DNA of 64,000 nt from Terriglobia bacterium (GCA_963695545.1 OY968796.1:1152001-1216000); one strand, 5' to 3'; positions 11,801 to 21,271 are shown, counted from the first letter of the stretch. A program made the numbers and translations. The notes: generated from the sequence alone by a model not told the origin.

Positions 11801-12284
11801 TTGGACGTTCGGCACGCTGCAATCTTTCTGGAAACATCGCGATACGCTGGGGCGCTGGCGCTACGGCACGCTGGGCTTCGTGGCTCTGCCGAATATTTTC
11901 CTGTTCCAACTTTTGTTGCCGCTGTTTTCTCCGATCATCGATCTGCTGTTTATCGGCTCGCTGGTTTTTTGGGGACTGGCGCAATTCCACTTCACCAAAC
12001 TGCCGCCGCTTTGGACTACGGCCGACGTGGAGCTCTCGCTGCTATTTTTCGGGGGCTTCATGTTGATCGACCTGCTGACGTGCGTGATCGCGTTTGCGCT
12101 GGAAAAGCGCGAGGATTGGTCGCTGCTGTGGCCGGTGCTACTGCAACGCTTCTACTACCGGCAGATGATGTACGTGGTGCTGTTCCGCGCGGTGATGGGA
12201 GCGGTGAAGGGGAGATCGGTGGGTTGGCGCGGCGTCGAGGCCGAAGTGGAAGCGCCGAGGCCGACGACGATGGCGCCAGCCTGA
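8880..12284 (+). CDS. Fused GH18-like / polysaccharide deacetylase / GT2 glycosyltransferase
   Basis: ADFEE and MDYD (GH18), LSFDDGP, GNHTYTH, FRPPY, LLHDGGG (NodB), VIDDGS, DAD, AEDTD, QRFRW (processive GT2). Confidence 0.9.
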   Translation: METHRPIFYDEQRRRWRRLRWALEVTALVLVLVLMVFTVSVLHRMTLPGEMQQLAERPGLRPFLSAQARPRAPARRAGLRRRVNALGSTTPPASYDPLRAAFYVSYDPTSLASLQRHYRDIDVLIPDTLYTDTADGKLNKQTDPKLTEWMHSSGIEIPIMPLVQDTNGTMWDVPGTIAMLRNPVARQSLVHQLVQYVVDQNDPGLVADFEEIPPASQKDFSNFIGELSADLHGAGLKLMVALPAGDWDYDYAGIAKMSDAIIVMDYDQYSQDTESGPIAAQDWYVDRLQAILKLVPAQKIVAGVANYAYDWTEPTGKAKRQPATIETYQGAVVTSSESDATIDFDSDALNPHFSYYDEHNQVHNVWMLDGVTAYNELRAAERLGVQGTALWRLGSEDGSLWTIWDVTRPDDAARARLDDIPYGFDLILEGEGDIWNQINTPQQGSRSFDFDPTSNLITDEHYDVLPMPYRIFQVGAKPKEIALSFDDGPDPVNTPKILDILKAKHAPATFFVIGVEANNALDLLKREYSEGHEIGNHTYTHPAFTPNLSATQIKLELNLNERLLASTLGIKTQLFRPPYGIDHQPETADEVEMLPIPLSMGYMLVGAQIDPHDWGEAGGIAPPPAQTIVDRVMEQTRAGLGNIVLLHDGGGDRSHTIAALPTIIDQLRAAGYELVPVSELVDETRAEAMPQLNFRERLVARTDGLIFTLFEYLRDGIAFIFVLGIFLVSLRALIIGLLALIEKLRPTPPEQPGYAPPVSVLIPAYNEESVIVGTVRSALANDYSPLEVIVIDDGSSDLTGELLDRNFLADSRVRIIHQPNSGKPAALRRALSEATSEVIVTIDADTHIEPDAVRHLVRHFANLRVGAVAGNVKVGNRDRWITRWQALEYVTSQNLEKRAFDLLNCIPVVPGALSAWRTEAIRAAGGFTADTVAEDTDLTIAIRRSGWAILYDEDAIGWTEAPETPGQLVRQRFRWTFGTLQSFWKHRDTLGRWRYGTLGFVALPNIFLFQLLLPLFSPIIDLLFIGSLVFWGLAQFHFTKLPPLWTTADVELSLLFFGGFMLIDLLTCVIAFALEKREDWSLLWPVLLQRFYYRQMMYVVLFRAVMGAVKGRSVGWRGVEAEVEAPRPTTMAPA

Positions 12285-12348
12285 GTTTGCAGTTGCGCGC
12301 CCGCTATTTGCGGCGCGTAAGCGGAGCGTTACACCCAGGAGAATCTCG

Positions 12349-12900
12349 ATGTCTTCCGCAACGTTCTCGACGATGCCGCGAACTATGCCGGACCCCGCGC
12401 AACAGATGACGCTGCTCTTCAAATATAACCAGTGGGCGAATCGGCGGACCCTGGGCGCGTGCGAAGCACTCACGAGCGAACAATTCACGCGCGCGATGGG
12501 TTCGAGCTTTTCCTCTGTGCGCGACACGCTGGCGCACATTTATGGCGCGGAGTGGGTGTGGCTCGAGCGTTTCCACGGGCGCTCGCCCATGGCCTTGCCG
12601 ACGGGAACGGATTTTCCGGATTGGGCCGCGGTACGCTCGCGGCTGGAAGAAATGGACAACGCGCTTTTGGAATATGTCGCGGGACTTCGCGCGGGCGATC
12701 TCGATCGCGTGATCGAGTTCAGCACGTTCGCCGGAAAGGCGAGCTCGGGCCCGCTGTGGTCGATGCTGCAGCACCTGGCCAATCACGGCACGTACCACAG
12801 GGGACAAATCACCACGATGCTGCGTCAATTGGGCACGAAACCGGCGGGGACCGATCTAATTGGGTTTTATCGCGAATTGGCCGCGAGCGCGCCGGCCTAA
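12349..12900 (+). CDS. DinB family protein
   Basis: YNQWAN, TLAHI, HLANHGTYHRGQ. Confidence 0.9.
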   Translation: MSSATFSTMPRTMPDPAQQMTLLFKYNQWANRRTLGACEALTSEQFTRAMGSSFSSVRDTLAHIYGAEWVWLERFHGRSPMALPTGTDFPDWAAVRSRLEEMDNALLEYVAGLRAGDLDRVIEFSTFAGKASSGPLWSMLQHLANHGTYHRGQITTMLRQLGTKPAGTDLIGFYRELAASAPA

Positions 12901-12935
12901 ACGCATCGCGAGACTTCGCGGCTCAAGACCACACC

Positions 12936-13421
12936 TCAGGCGCTCGCGCTCGCCTTCGCCTGCAAGGAGCGGACAGCTTCAAGAACATCGGCGGCGTGAC
13001 CTTTGGCGGGCGCCGTCTCCCACACTTTCGCGATTTTTCCATCGGGGCCGATCAGAACCGAGCTGCGCACGATGCCCAGAAAACTTTTGCCCAGAAATTT
13101 TTTCATCCGGCGCGCGCCGTAGCTTTCGATCACCTGAAAATCCGGGTCGCACAGCAGCGTGAAGTTCAGGCGTTCCTTTTTCTTGAAGCGCGCCTGCGCC
13201 TCGACCTGATCGGCGCTGCAACCGAGCACAACCGCGCCCAATTTCTCGAACTCCTTCTGCGCGTCGCGAAATTCAACTGCTTCGCACGTGCATCCCGACG
13301 TGCCGGCCTTCGGATAAAAATACAAAACAGCGAAACGGCCGCGGAGATCCGCGAGCGAAACCGGGCGGCCGTCATCGCAGGGCACGCTGAAATCGGGAGC
13401 GGGATCGCCGACCTTTACCAC
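12936..13421 (-). CDS. bcp: Thioredoxin-dependent peroxiredoxin BCP
   Basis: YFYPKAGTSGCTCEAVEF, GIVRSS. Confidence 0.9.
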   Translation of the reverse strand: MVKVGDPAPDFSVPCDDGRPVSLADLRGRFAVLYFYPKAGTSGCTCEAVEFRDAQKEFEKLGAVVLGCSADQVEAQARFKKKERLNFTLLCDPDFQVIESYGARRMKKFLGKSFLGIVRSSVLIGPDGKIAKVWETAPAKGHAADVLEAVRSLQAKASASA

Positions 13422-13487
13422 CTTGAGCCTCCTCGAACGCGACCTACACTCTTTCCTAGACTGCGGTCTCGAAATCTTTTCAAGCTC

Positions 13488-14981
13488 TTACGCGAGCAAG
13501 CGCCGCAATGTTTCCTGAACGACCTGTGGATTCGCTTGGCCGCGCGAGGCGCGCATCACCTGGCCTACGAAAAAATTGAAGACTCCCTGGTTACCCGCGC
13601 GGAGCTTCGCGGCATTGTCGGGACTGGCGGCGAGCGCTTCCCGGCAAAGCCGTTCGATTTCGGACGAGTCGTCGATCCTTTCAAAACCTTCGGCCGCGAC
13701 GATTTCCGCGGCGCTGCGGCCGCTGCCAAACATTTTTGGCAGGATTTTTTTTCCCATGGCCGCGGTGATCTTGCCATCTTCGATCATTTTGAGCAGGGCC
13801 GCGAGTTCGGCGGGCGCAACGGGGAATTCGGCGCCAGCCGTATCGGTTGACGCGGCTTGATTCCGTTGGCGTAGCAGTTCGGTCTGAATCCACGCGGCGG
13901 CCAAGCGCGGGGGTGCGCCGGCGCGGGTGGTCTCTTCGTAATAATCCGCCAGCTCGCGCGTGTCGGTGAGCACGCCGGCGTCGTACGGCGTGATGCCGTA
14001 CGCAGCGACGAAGCGCGCGCGGCGCGCGGCCGGGAGTTCCGGCATGTTCGCCGCGATTTCCGCAAGTTGCGCGGCGGAGACGCGCACGGGCAGCAAATCT
14101 GGATCGGGGAAATAACGGTAATCGTGGGCGAATTCCTTCGAGCGCATGGGCTCGGTGCGTCCGGCCGGGACGTTCCACAATCGCGTTTCCTGCGCGATCC
14201 GTTCGCCGGCTTCGAGCGCGCCGATTTGCCTGGTGATTTCGTATTCGAGCGCGCGTTGCAGATACCGGAATGAATTCAGATTTTTCACTTCGGCCTTGGT
14301 GCCGAGTTTGGTTTCGCCGCGCCGGCGCACGCTGACGTTGGCGTCGCAGCGCAGAGAACCCTTTTCCATGTCGCAATCGCTGACTCCGGCGTACTGCAGA
14401 ACTTGCTTGAGCGTCGTGAGATAGGCATAGGCCGCCGCGGGCGAGCGCAGGTCCGGCTCGGACACGATTTCGATCAGCGGCATTCCGCAGCGGTTGTAAT
14501 CGATGTAGCTTTTCTCGGCCGAATCCGGAAAGCCTTCGTGCAAATTCTTGGCCGCGTCTTCTTCGAGATGCAAACGCGTGATGCCGATTCGCAGGGTCGC
14601 ACCCTCGGATTCGGCTTCGAGCCAGCCGGCGGTGGCGAGCGGCAGCTCGTACATCGAAATCTGATAGCCCTTCGGCAGGTCCGGATAAAAATAATTCTTC
14701 CGCGCGAAGCGGGACGATTCCTGAACCTTGAGATTCAGCGCGAGGGACGCACGCACGGCGAATTCGAGCGCGCGCCGATTCATCACCGGCAACGAACCGG
14801 GCAGGCCGAGACACACCGGACACGTGTGCGAATTCGGCGCGTCGCCGAAGCGCGTGGAGCAGCCGCAGAAAATCTTCGTTTCGGTCTTCAGTTGGACGTG
14901 GACTTCAAGACCGATCACCGCCTCGTAGGACGCCAGAACTTCGGCCGCAATGGGCGGCGCGTCTTGGGTAACTTTGACCAT
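13488..14981 (-). CDS. gatB: Asp/Glu-tRNA(Asn/Gln) amidotransferase subunit B
   Basis: IGLEVHVQL, RKNYFYPDLPKGYQI, RCDANVS, DYRYFPDPDL. Confidence 0.97.
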   Translation of the reverse strand: MVKVTQDAPPIAAEVLASYEAVIGLEVHVQLKTETKIFCGCSTRFGDAPNSHTCPVCLGLPGSLPVMNRRALEFAVRASLALNLKVQESSRFARKNYFYPDLPKGYQISMYELPLATAGWLEAESEGATLRIGITRLHLEEDAAKNLHEGFPDSAEKSYIDYNRCGMPLIEIVSEPDLRSPAAAYAYLTTLKQVLQYAGVSDCDMEKGSLRCDANVSVRRRGETKLGTKAEVKNLNSFRYLQRALEYEITRQIGALEAGERIAQETRLWNVPAGRTEPMRSKEFAHDYRYFPDPDLLPVRVSAAQLAEIAANMPELPAARRARFVAAYGITPYDAGVLTDTRELADYYEETTRAGAPPRLAAAWIQTELLRQRNQAASTDTAGAEFPVAPAELAALLKMIEDGKITAAMGKKILPKMFGSGRSAAEIVAAEGFERIDDSSEIERLCREALAASPDNAAKLRAGNQGVFNFFVGQVMRASRGQANPQVVQETLRRLLA

Positions 14982-15102
14982 GGGGAACGGTGATTATAGC
15001 ATCGCGCGCAACTTCTATTGAACGCCTGCTCGAGGGCTACCGCAAGGGGCGCTCCGCGGGTCCGCCTCATCCGCGAACCCGCGGTGCGCGAAGGCCTATA
15101 GC

Positions 15103-17364
15103 TCAGGGACTCTCATGAGCATGCTCGGACGGAAAGCTGATCTTGATGCCTGTGAGAAAATTAAGGTGCAGCGCCGGGTAACCGAACGCCTCTTCGTACT
15201 TCTGGTCGAGAAGGTTATTCAGGCGGCCATAAATTTCCACGCCGCGAGGCAGTTGATAGGAGAAACCTGCGTTGACGTCCACGTAGCCTTTGTTTTCGAA
15301 CAGGCACGGCAAATCGATATCGCACGCGTAGGTTCCGTAGTTCGGCTCGACGTCAAGATCCGCTCCATGCACCACGGCATTTGAATTCAGCAAGAGGCGG
15401 CCGTGGCGCCAACTGACATCGTAGCCGCCCAAGTTTCGCGGACGGCGGAGCAGCGGTTCGCCGACGACGAAAGGGACCAGAGGCTCGGGAGAGCCGTTGA
15501 GCGCCAGGATTTCGGAATTCAGCCACGTGTAATTTAGCGTCATTTCGATCGAGCGCGTCGGCCTGAGGCGCAGGCTTGACTCCACTCCACCGGCGCTCGA
15601 GTTCGCAAGATTGGCGTAGGTGTAGTTGCTGAGATTCGTGCCGCCCACGAAGGTGATTTGATCTTTGAAGCGATTGTAAAAGTAGGTCACGTCGAACACC
15701 GCCTTGCCGCCCATCAGACGCTGTTCAACACCGGCGTCGAAGCTGATGTTTCGCTCCGGCAGGAGCCGCGGGTTCGTGCCGTTGAGCTCGAATCCGTTCG
15801 GGGGGCTGATCCCGGTGCCGTAGCTTCCGTGAATACGCGTGGCACCGAAAAAGCCGTCGCTCGATTGGCGGGCGATATAGGCAACCGAGAGCCGCGGGTC
15901 CACTTGAGTGATGGACGTCGCCGGAATCACAGGATCGAGCGGCAAGTTGCCCGTGAGGATGTCGTCCACGCGCAGACCGGCCGTGAAAAACCACCCAGAA
16001 CCCGGATTCCAGCGGTCTTCGGCGAAGAAAGCGTACGTGTCGCGCGGCAAATTAAAGGGGTTGCCGTCGGCGTCGTCGTTATAGGTGTCCTGGAATTGCT
16101 CGTGGTCGAATTCAAATCCGGCGACGAGAATATCCTTCGATGAAATAGTTATTTCGCTCTGCGTGTTCGCCACCAGATGCATGTTGTAGGTGAGCTCATC
16201 GCCATAGGAAGCAAAGGACGTGTAATTGTCGGTGGATGCGCTGACGGTGGTGACTTGCTGAAAGCGGCTTGAGAACTGTTCGGTGTAATTCACCTGATAG
16301 CCGAAAAGATTTTGCCGCAGGCTGGAGGCGGATGCCGCGATTCCCGGGAAAAGTCCATCGGGGTCCGAGCCGTACGGTCCGGGACTCGCGTCCGCGCCGT
16401 TATCTCCGAAGAAATGCACTTCGATGCGGCGGCGCGGGCTGCGCGAATATCCGAGGGTCACGAGCGAAGTCTGATTTCGATAATTGTCGTCAATCACCGG
16501 GCCGCGATCACTGAAACGCGAGAGATCGTAGGACCAATTGAAACCACCTTCGGAGCCGGCGCCGCTGGTGGCAACGCGCAGCGTTTCGTTGCTGCCGCCT
16601 TCGCTGAGAAATCTGAAATGCGGCGCGCCTTCGCCGGGATCGCTGATCACGTCAATCACGCCGGCGACGGCATTTTCACCATAGAGGGCGCTCTGAGGCC
16701 CGCGCGTGACCTCAACTTCGTCCACTCCATCGACCGGCAGCGGCGAGAGATTGAAGCCGCCGCCAAAATCGTCCATCGGAATCCCGTCGATCATCACCAG
16801 GTTGTAATCGGAATCGCCGCCGCGGATGAAGGCGCTGGCCACAGCGCCGCGCTCGCCCGACTGCGCGAGTGCAACGCCCGGCACATTGCGGAGCGCTTCG
16901 TACACGCTTTGCGCGCCTTGATTCTCGATGTCCTGCTGGCTTACGACTGTGACCGAGGAGCCGAGCTGCGGAGCAAGCGCGCCGCCGAGCGAGGCCGACA
17001 CCACAACTTTTTCCTCGACCGCGCTCAACTTCAGATGCAGATCGGTCGTTTGCGTTTCCGCGCCCTTCAATTCGATTTCAGCGGACACGTCGCTGAACCC
17101 AGGTGCATTGGCCACCACCGTGAACGCACCCGCGCGAAGCCCGTCAAATCGATAACGGCCCTGCGCGTCTGCCTGGGTCTCAGCGACGGCTAGCATGGAT
17201 TCAAGCAAATTCACTTTGGCGCCCGCCAAGATTCGTCCGCCGGGATCGAACACTGTTCCTTGGATCGAAGCGCCCGAAGAAGATGCAGTCGCCTGCGCGA
17301 ACAGCGCGTGAGGCAGAAAAAATGTAGCGGCTAAAAACAACGGAAGAAAAATTCGGAGTCTCAT
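15103..17364 (-). CDS. TonB-dependent receptor, probably cobalamin (BtuB-like), with N-terminal carboxypeptidase-regulatory-like domain
   Basis: Signal peptide from ATG 17364, plug motifs (FIRGG, VMIDGIP, EVTRGPQSALYG), NLLDQKY; riboswitch directly upstream. Confidence 0.88.
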   Translation of the reverse strand: MRLRIFLPLFLAATFFLPHALFAQATASSSGASIQGTVFDPGGRILAGAKVNLLESMLAVAETQADAQGRYRFDGLRAGAFTVVANAPGFSDVSAEIELKGAETQTTDLHLKLSAVEEKVVVSASLGGALAPQLGSSVTVVSQQDIENQGAQSVYEALRNVPGVALAQSGERGAVASAFIRGGDSDYNLVMIDGIPMDDFGGGFNLSPLPVDGVDEVEVTRGPQSALYGENAVAGVIDVISDPGEGAPHFRFLSEGGSNETLRVATSGAGSEGGFNWSYDLSRFSDRGPVIDDNYRNQTSLVTLGYSRSPRRRIEVHFFGDNGADASPGPYGSDPDGLFPGIAASASSLRQNLFGYQVNYTEQFSSRFQQVTTVSASTDNYTSFASYGDELTYNMHLVANTQSEITISSKDILVAGFEFDHEQFQDTYNDDADGNPFNLPRDTYAFFAEDRWNPGSGWFFTAGLRVDDILTGNLPLDPVIPATSITQVDPRLSVAYIARQSSDGFFGATRIHGSYGTGISPPNGFELNGTNPRLLPERNISFDAGVEQRLMGGKAVFDVTYFYNRFKDQITFVGGTNLSNYTYANLANSSAGGVESSLRLRPTRSIEMTLNYTWLNSEILALNGSPEPLVPFVVGEPLLRRPRNLGGYDVSWRHGRLLLNSNAVVHGADLDVEPNYGTYACDIDLPCLFENKGYVDVNAGFSYQLPRGVEIYGRLNNLLDQKYEEAFGYPALHLNFLTGIKISFPSEHAHESP

Positions 17365-17440
17365 GGCATCCCCTTCTCCTGCCTCGCGCAGGAGTTTAAG
17401 GTTGGCCGGCAGCCGGGATCGTTTCCGACTTTCGCGGCTT

Positions 17441-17593
17441 GCAGACTCCGCCGGTATCCTGGCTTGGCGGCATACCACGCGCGCGGCCTTCCCATCCCCG
17501 AGGTGCGGGACAGTGGCTCGCGCGCAGTGCACTCCGCCTTACAGTCGCGCGGCGGCGACGGCTTCAAACCGTCTTCCCGGACGCGGAGTCTGC
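17441..17593 (-). ncRNA. Cobalamin riboswitch (long, class I-like)
   Basis: Minus strand GGGAAgacGGTttgAAgCCG...ACTGTAA...GCCACTG...GGGAAGG...AAGCCAGGAtACC, closed by the perfect helix GCAGACTCCG/CGGAGTCTGC. Confidence 0.88.
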
Positions 17594-17674
17594 GGTTGCG
17601 GTGGTCGGAGCCGGTGGCGCAGCTGATCGCTGCGTACGCACAGCTCCGGGTGAATCGAACGCGTGCCTCGCCGA

Positions 17675-18583
17675 TTACGTCGCTCGGCCTCGCGTTCGGT
17701 CGGCGCCTTCGGTTCCGGCAACATCCGCGGGCCTGGAGCGCAAACTCACGCGCGGCCGGCCGGCGGGCCCCGCCTCGACTTCGAGCGGCGCCTCAAAAAC
17801 TTGTTCGAGCAACTCTCGCTGATAAACCGCCGCGGGGGTGCCGACGCGCAGGCACTTGCCGCGGTGCAGCAGAACAACCTGATCGGCGAATTCGGCGGCC
17901 AGAGCCAGTTCGTGTGTGACCACGATCACGGTGTAGCGATTGGCTTCGGCGAGCCGGCGCAGCCGCTCCAGCAACTCCACCTGCGCGCCGATATCGAGAT
18001 GCAGTGTCGGCTCGTCGAGCAAGAGCAGCAGCGGCTGCTGCGCGAGAGCGCGCGCCAAAATGATGCGCTGCTTTTCGCCGCCGGAGAGTTGATCCATGCG
18101 CCGATCCGCCAGATGTTCGGCGCCGACTTGAGCGAGCGCGTTCTGCGCCAGGGTCACGTCTTCGGCGTTGGCGAGATGAAGCGCGCGGCCATATGGGTGG
18201 CGGCCCTGGAGCACGAATTCGCCTGCGCGCGCGGGAAACACCAGCGGCGCATGCTGCTCGACCACCGCGATGCGCTGCGCGCGCGTGCGCGTGTCCAGCG
18301 AGCGGATTTCGATTCCGTCAAGCAGTACGCGCCCGGAAAGCGGCGCAAGCGAGCCGGCGATCAATTGCAGCAGCGTGGATTTGCCGCTCGCGTTGGGCCC
18401 GAGGATCGCAACTAATTCCCGCTGGCGCGCTTGAAAACTGGTGGCGCCAAGCGTGAACGTCGGAATCTGCCGGCGCGTGGGCGAGTAGGCGTAGCTGGCC
18501 TGCTCGACAGAGAGGCGCGGCGTGTCGTCGGAAGGCGGACGCGCCTCCTGCGTCTGCATGGAACTGGTGCTCGGGGCATTCAT
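17675..18583 (-). CDS. Cobalamin/iron-chelate ABC transporter ATP-binding protein (BtuD/FecE-like)
   Basis: GPNASGKS, LSGGEKQR, LLLDEPT; start MNAP overlaps the permease stop. Confidence 0.9.
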   Translation of the reverse strand: MNAPSTSSMQTQEARPPSDDTPRLSVEQASYAYSPTRRQIPTFTLGATSFQARQRELVAILGPNASGKSTLLQLIAGSLAPLSGRVLLDGIEIRSLDTRTRAQRIAVVEQHAPLVFPARAGEFVLQGRHPYGRALHLANAEDVTLAQNALAQVGAEHLADRRMDQLSGGEKQRIILARALAQQPLLLLLDEPTLHLDIGAQVELLERLRRLAEANRYTVIVVTHELALAAEFADQVVLLHRGKCLRVGTPAAVYQRELLEQVFEAPLEVEAGPAGRPRVSLRSRPADVAGTEGADRTRGRAT

Positions 18584-19599
18584 TGCATGCTTCTCCGCAG
18601 CAAATAAATAAACAGCGGCGCGCCGGCGATGGCCGTCATCGCGCCGACGGGCAATTCCGAGGGCGCGATGATCGTGCGCGCCAGCGTGTCTGCCAGCACC
18701 AGAGCGATGGCTCCGCCGAGCGCCGACGTTGGAATCAACAAGCGGTAATCGGAGCCGAACAGGAATCGCATGGCGTGCGGCACAAGGAGTCCTACGTAGC
18801 CGATCGCGCCGCTGGCGGAAACGGCGAGCGCCGTCAAGCCCGACGCCGCGACGTACACCACCAGCTTCACGCGCGTAACGTCCACGCCAAGATGCATGGC
18901 CTCGCGCTCGCCGGTCACCAGCAAATTCAGATCCGGCGAAGTCGTGTAGATCGCGCCGATGCCCACAATCAACGCAACCAGGAAAAACCAACGCAGGCTC
19001 GGAACCAGCGGCGTCGAAAGATCGCCCATCATCCAGAACGCCATGCCACGCACATCGCGGCTGGTGAGCGTGGTCATCAAAAACATGATGATCGCCGAAA
19101 GAAACGACGCTGAGATGATGCCGGCGAGCAGCAACGTCGTGCTGTCGAGTTGGCCTTGGCGGCGGCCCAGGTAATAGACGCCCGAGATCGTCGCGACCGC
19201 GCCGACAAACGCGCCGAGCGGCGGCGCAAGAACAAGCTGCGGCATAAATTGCAACGCCACCACCGCTCCCAGCGCCGATCCGCTGGAAACGCCGAGAACA
19301 TAAGGATCGGCCAGCGGATTCCGCAGCAAGGCTTGAAATCCCGCGCCGGCGACGGAAAGCGCCGCGCCGACCAGCGCGCCCAGCACGATGCGCGGCAAAC
19401 GCAGGTCGAAAACGATCAAGCGATAATCGAGAGGCAATTGATCCGTGCGGCCGATGGCCAGGCGGCCGAGACTCACGACGAGGTCCGTCACCGAAATCGG
19501 CACGGCGCCGAGTTTCAGAGCCATCACGGATACGGCGAACAATATCCCCGCGAGCAGCGTGCAGGTCCAGACCACGCGGCGCATCGTCAGCGGGCGCAT
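18580..19599 (-). CDS. FecCD/BtuC-family ABC transporter permease
   Basis: LRLPR, QALLRNPLADPYVLGVSSG, IGYVGLLVPH, ELPVG. Confidence 0.92.
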   Translation of the reverse strand: MRPLTMRRVVWTCTLLAGILFAVSVMALKLGAVPISVTDLVVSLGRLAIGRTDQLPLDYRLIVFDLRLPRIVLGALVGAALSVAGAGFQALLRNPLADPYVLGVSSGSALGAVVALQFMPQLVLAPPLGAFVGAVATISGVYYLGRRQGQLDSTTLLLAGIISASFLSAIIMFLMTTLTSRDVRGMAFWMMGDLSTPLVPSLRWFFLVALIVGIGAIYTTSPDLNLLVTGEREAMHLGVDVTRVKLVVYVAASGLTALAVSASGAIGYVGLLVPHAMRFLFGSDYRLLIPTSALGGAIALVLADTLARTIIAPSELPVGAMTAIAGAPLFIYLLRRSMQ

Positions 19600-20648
19600 G
19601 CGGTGCAGACCTCCGTCGGTTTTTCCGATGCCGTGATGCCTGAGCTGCCAGAAGATGCGCCCGGTGCGCTCGGCGCAAATAATTCGGGATGCAACAGATG
19701 CGCGAGCTGTTCGATGGCGTCGATCATGCGCGGGCTGGGCCGGTCAATCGCGTCGGAAACAATCACGATTTTTCCGCCGCGCACGGCATCGAGATCGCTC
19801 CATCCGGGAAGTTTGGCCAGCTGCTCGACAGGCGGCGCATTCGCCTCCGCAAGCGATCCCGCAAATACCAGATATTCCGGCTGAAGCTTAAACGCGTATT
19901 CAAAATTGATCTGCGGCCAGCCTTCCGCGATGTCCACCACCGACTGCGCGCCGGCGTGGGCCAGCGCGTCGGCGAGAAACGTGTGCTTGCCGATCGAGAT
20001 CAATGGCTCAGTCCACACAACGAAAAGCACGCGCCGCGGCGGAACGCCGGCGAGACGCTGCGCCAGCGCATCGAGGCGCGCATGCATGCCCGCGAGGACC
20101 GCATCGCCTTTCTCTCCCGCGCCGATCAGACGCGCAAGTCGCGCGGTCGAGTTGAGCACGTCGTCGATGGACAGCGGGTGCGTGACGTAGACCGCCAGGC
20201 CCAGGCGCGCGAGGGCTTCAACCGTTTCACGGCGATTCAAATCATTTGTCGCCAGCACCAGATCGGGATGCAAAGCTACGATTTGTTCCAGGCTCGGCGC
20301 GAGCACATCGCCGACGTGCGTGATGGTTTTCGCGGCGGGGGGAAAATCGTCGGCGCTGGTGTCGCCGACCACGCGATCCCCCGCGTCGAGCTCAAAAACG
20401 GTTTCCGTTAAGTTCGGCGCGAGCGACACGATGCGGCGCACCGGCTGCGGCACTTCGATCGTGCGGCCAAGCTCGTCGGTGACTTCGATGTGCGTGGGCG
20501 GCACATCTTCGGGCCGCGCCACTCTAACCGACCCTGCGAGCGCGAAGAGCGCCGCGAGCGCGATCCGCAACGCAACGCGGCCGCGAGCGCCGCGGTCGTG
20601 CCGATCGGCGCCGAAGATGTGCGTTTCCGAAATCGAGATTTGCGACAA
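19587..20648 (-). CDS. Cobalamin-binding periplasmic protein (BtuF-like); start uncertain (TTG 20648 or 20570)
   Basis: VTDELGR, RIVSLAPNLTE, LEQIVALHPDLV, RPSPR. Confidence 0.88.
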   Translation of the reverse strand: MSQISISETHIFGADRHDRGARGRVALRIALAALFALAGSVRVARPEDVPPTHIEVTDELGRTIEVPQPVRRIVSLAPNLTETVFELDAGDRVVGDTSADDFPPAAKTITHVGDVLAPSLEQIVALHPDLVLATNDLNRRETVEALARLGLAVYVTHPLSIDDVLNSTARLARLIGAGEKGDAVLAGMHARLDALAQRLAGVPPRRVLFVVWTEPLISIGKHTFLADALAHAGAQSVVDIAEGWPQINFEYAFKLQPEYLVFAGSLAEANAPPVEQLAKLPGWSDLDAVRGGKIVIVSDAIDRPSPRMIDAIEQLAHLLHPELFAPSAPGASSGSSGITASEKPTEVCTACAR

Positions 20649-20675
20649 CAAAAAGCCCCACAAAAAGAGTGGGGC
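20646..20675 (-). terminator. Intrinsic terminator, likely the expression platform of the upstream riboswitch
   Basis: Minus strand GCCCCAC-tcttttt-GTGGGGC followed by TTTTTGTTG. Confidence 0.7.
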
Positions 20676-20705
20676 GCAAGGCCACACTCTTTCTCGCGAA
20701 GAGTG

Positions 20706-20815
20706 TCAGCACCAACTGGGCGCGGGCGGGTAACCTGACTCACGGCTCGAGAGCCGCTCACAGTGGCGGGACCGTGGCCGATTTTCACGGCCTTCCCCGC
20801 ACCCACGCCTGCTGA
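20706..20815 (-). ncRNA. Cobalamin riboswitch (short, class II / AdoCbl-variant-like)
   Basis: Minus strand GGGAAggccGTGAAAATCggccACGGTCCCGCCACTGTGA...GAGTCAGGttACCCG; lacks the P6-extension GGGAAGG block. Confidence 0.85.
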
Positions 20816-20914
20816 TTTTGAAGTGTCAGTGTAATTCGCTGCCCGGCCGGGTGTCAACGCCGAGCAGCGCGCGACGCTGCGCGCGAAAATTCGGCGCCGT
20901 GTTAGCATCGAAGC

Positions 20915-21271
20915 ATGCCTACGAGACCAGGTTTGATACTGCGTGTGGAAGCTGCGGTCGTGCTCGTTCTCAGCGTGGCTCTTTACCGGCACGCCGGAGG
21001 CGGATGGTTGCGCTTCGCGTTGCTGTTTCTGGTTCCGGATCTTTCGCTCGCGGGCTACGCGTTCAGCGTGCGTTTCGGGACGGCGCTCTACAACACGGTG
21101 CATACCTACACGGGGCCGCTGGTTCTCGCCGGCATCGCTATTTTCGGCGCGCGCCCTGTGATGCTGCTCTACGCGTTGATCTGGACCGCGCATATCGGTA
21201 TGGATCGCCTCGTCGGGTTTGGACTGAAGTATCCGACCCGTTTCCAAGACACGCATCTGCAACACGTCTGA
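20915..21271 (+). CDS. DUF4260-family membrane protein
   Basis: [34 protein letters not shown]...FQDTHL. Confidence 0.85.
   Translation: MPTRPGLILRVEAAVVLVLSVALYRHAGGGWLRFALLFLVPDLSLAGYAFSVRFGTALYNTVHTYTGPLVLAGIAIFGARPVMLLYALIWTAHIGMDRLVGFGLKYPTRFQDTHLQHV

Noticed and set aside
12432..13850. Long Arg/Ala-rich ORFs antisense or out of frame to real genes (also 975-2261, 23959-25479, 35303-36880, 51570-52835)
   Set aside because: Expected artefacts of high GC and codon bias; they overlap well-supported genes.
17365..17532. N-terminal extension of the TonB receptor ORF
   Set aside because: It overlaps the cobalamin riboswitch; the SD and signal peptide indicate the start at 17364.
17675..19678. 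667-aa ORF suggesting a long ABC ATPase fusion
   Set aside because: The N-terminal 365 codons are an alternative frame overlapping the permease; the real gene starts at about 18583.
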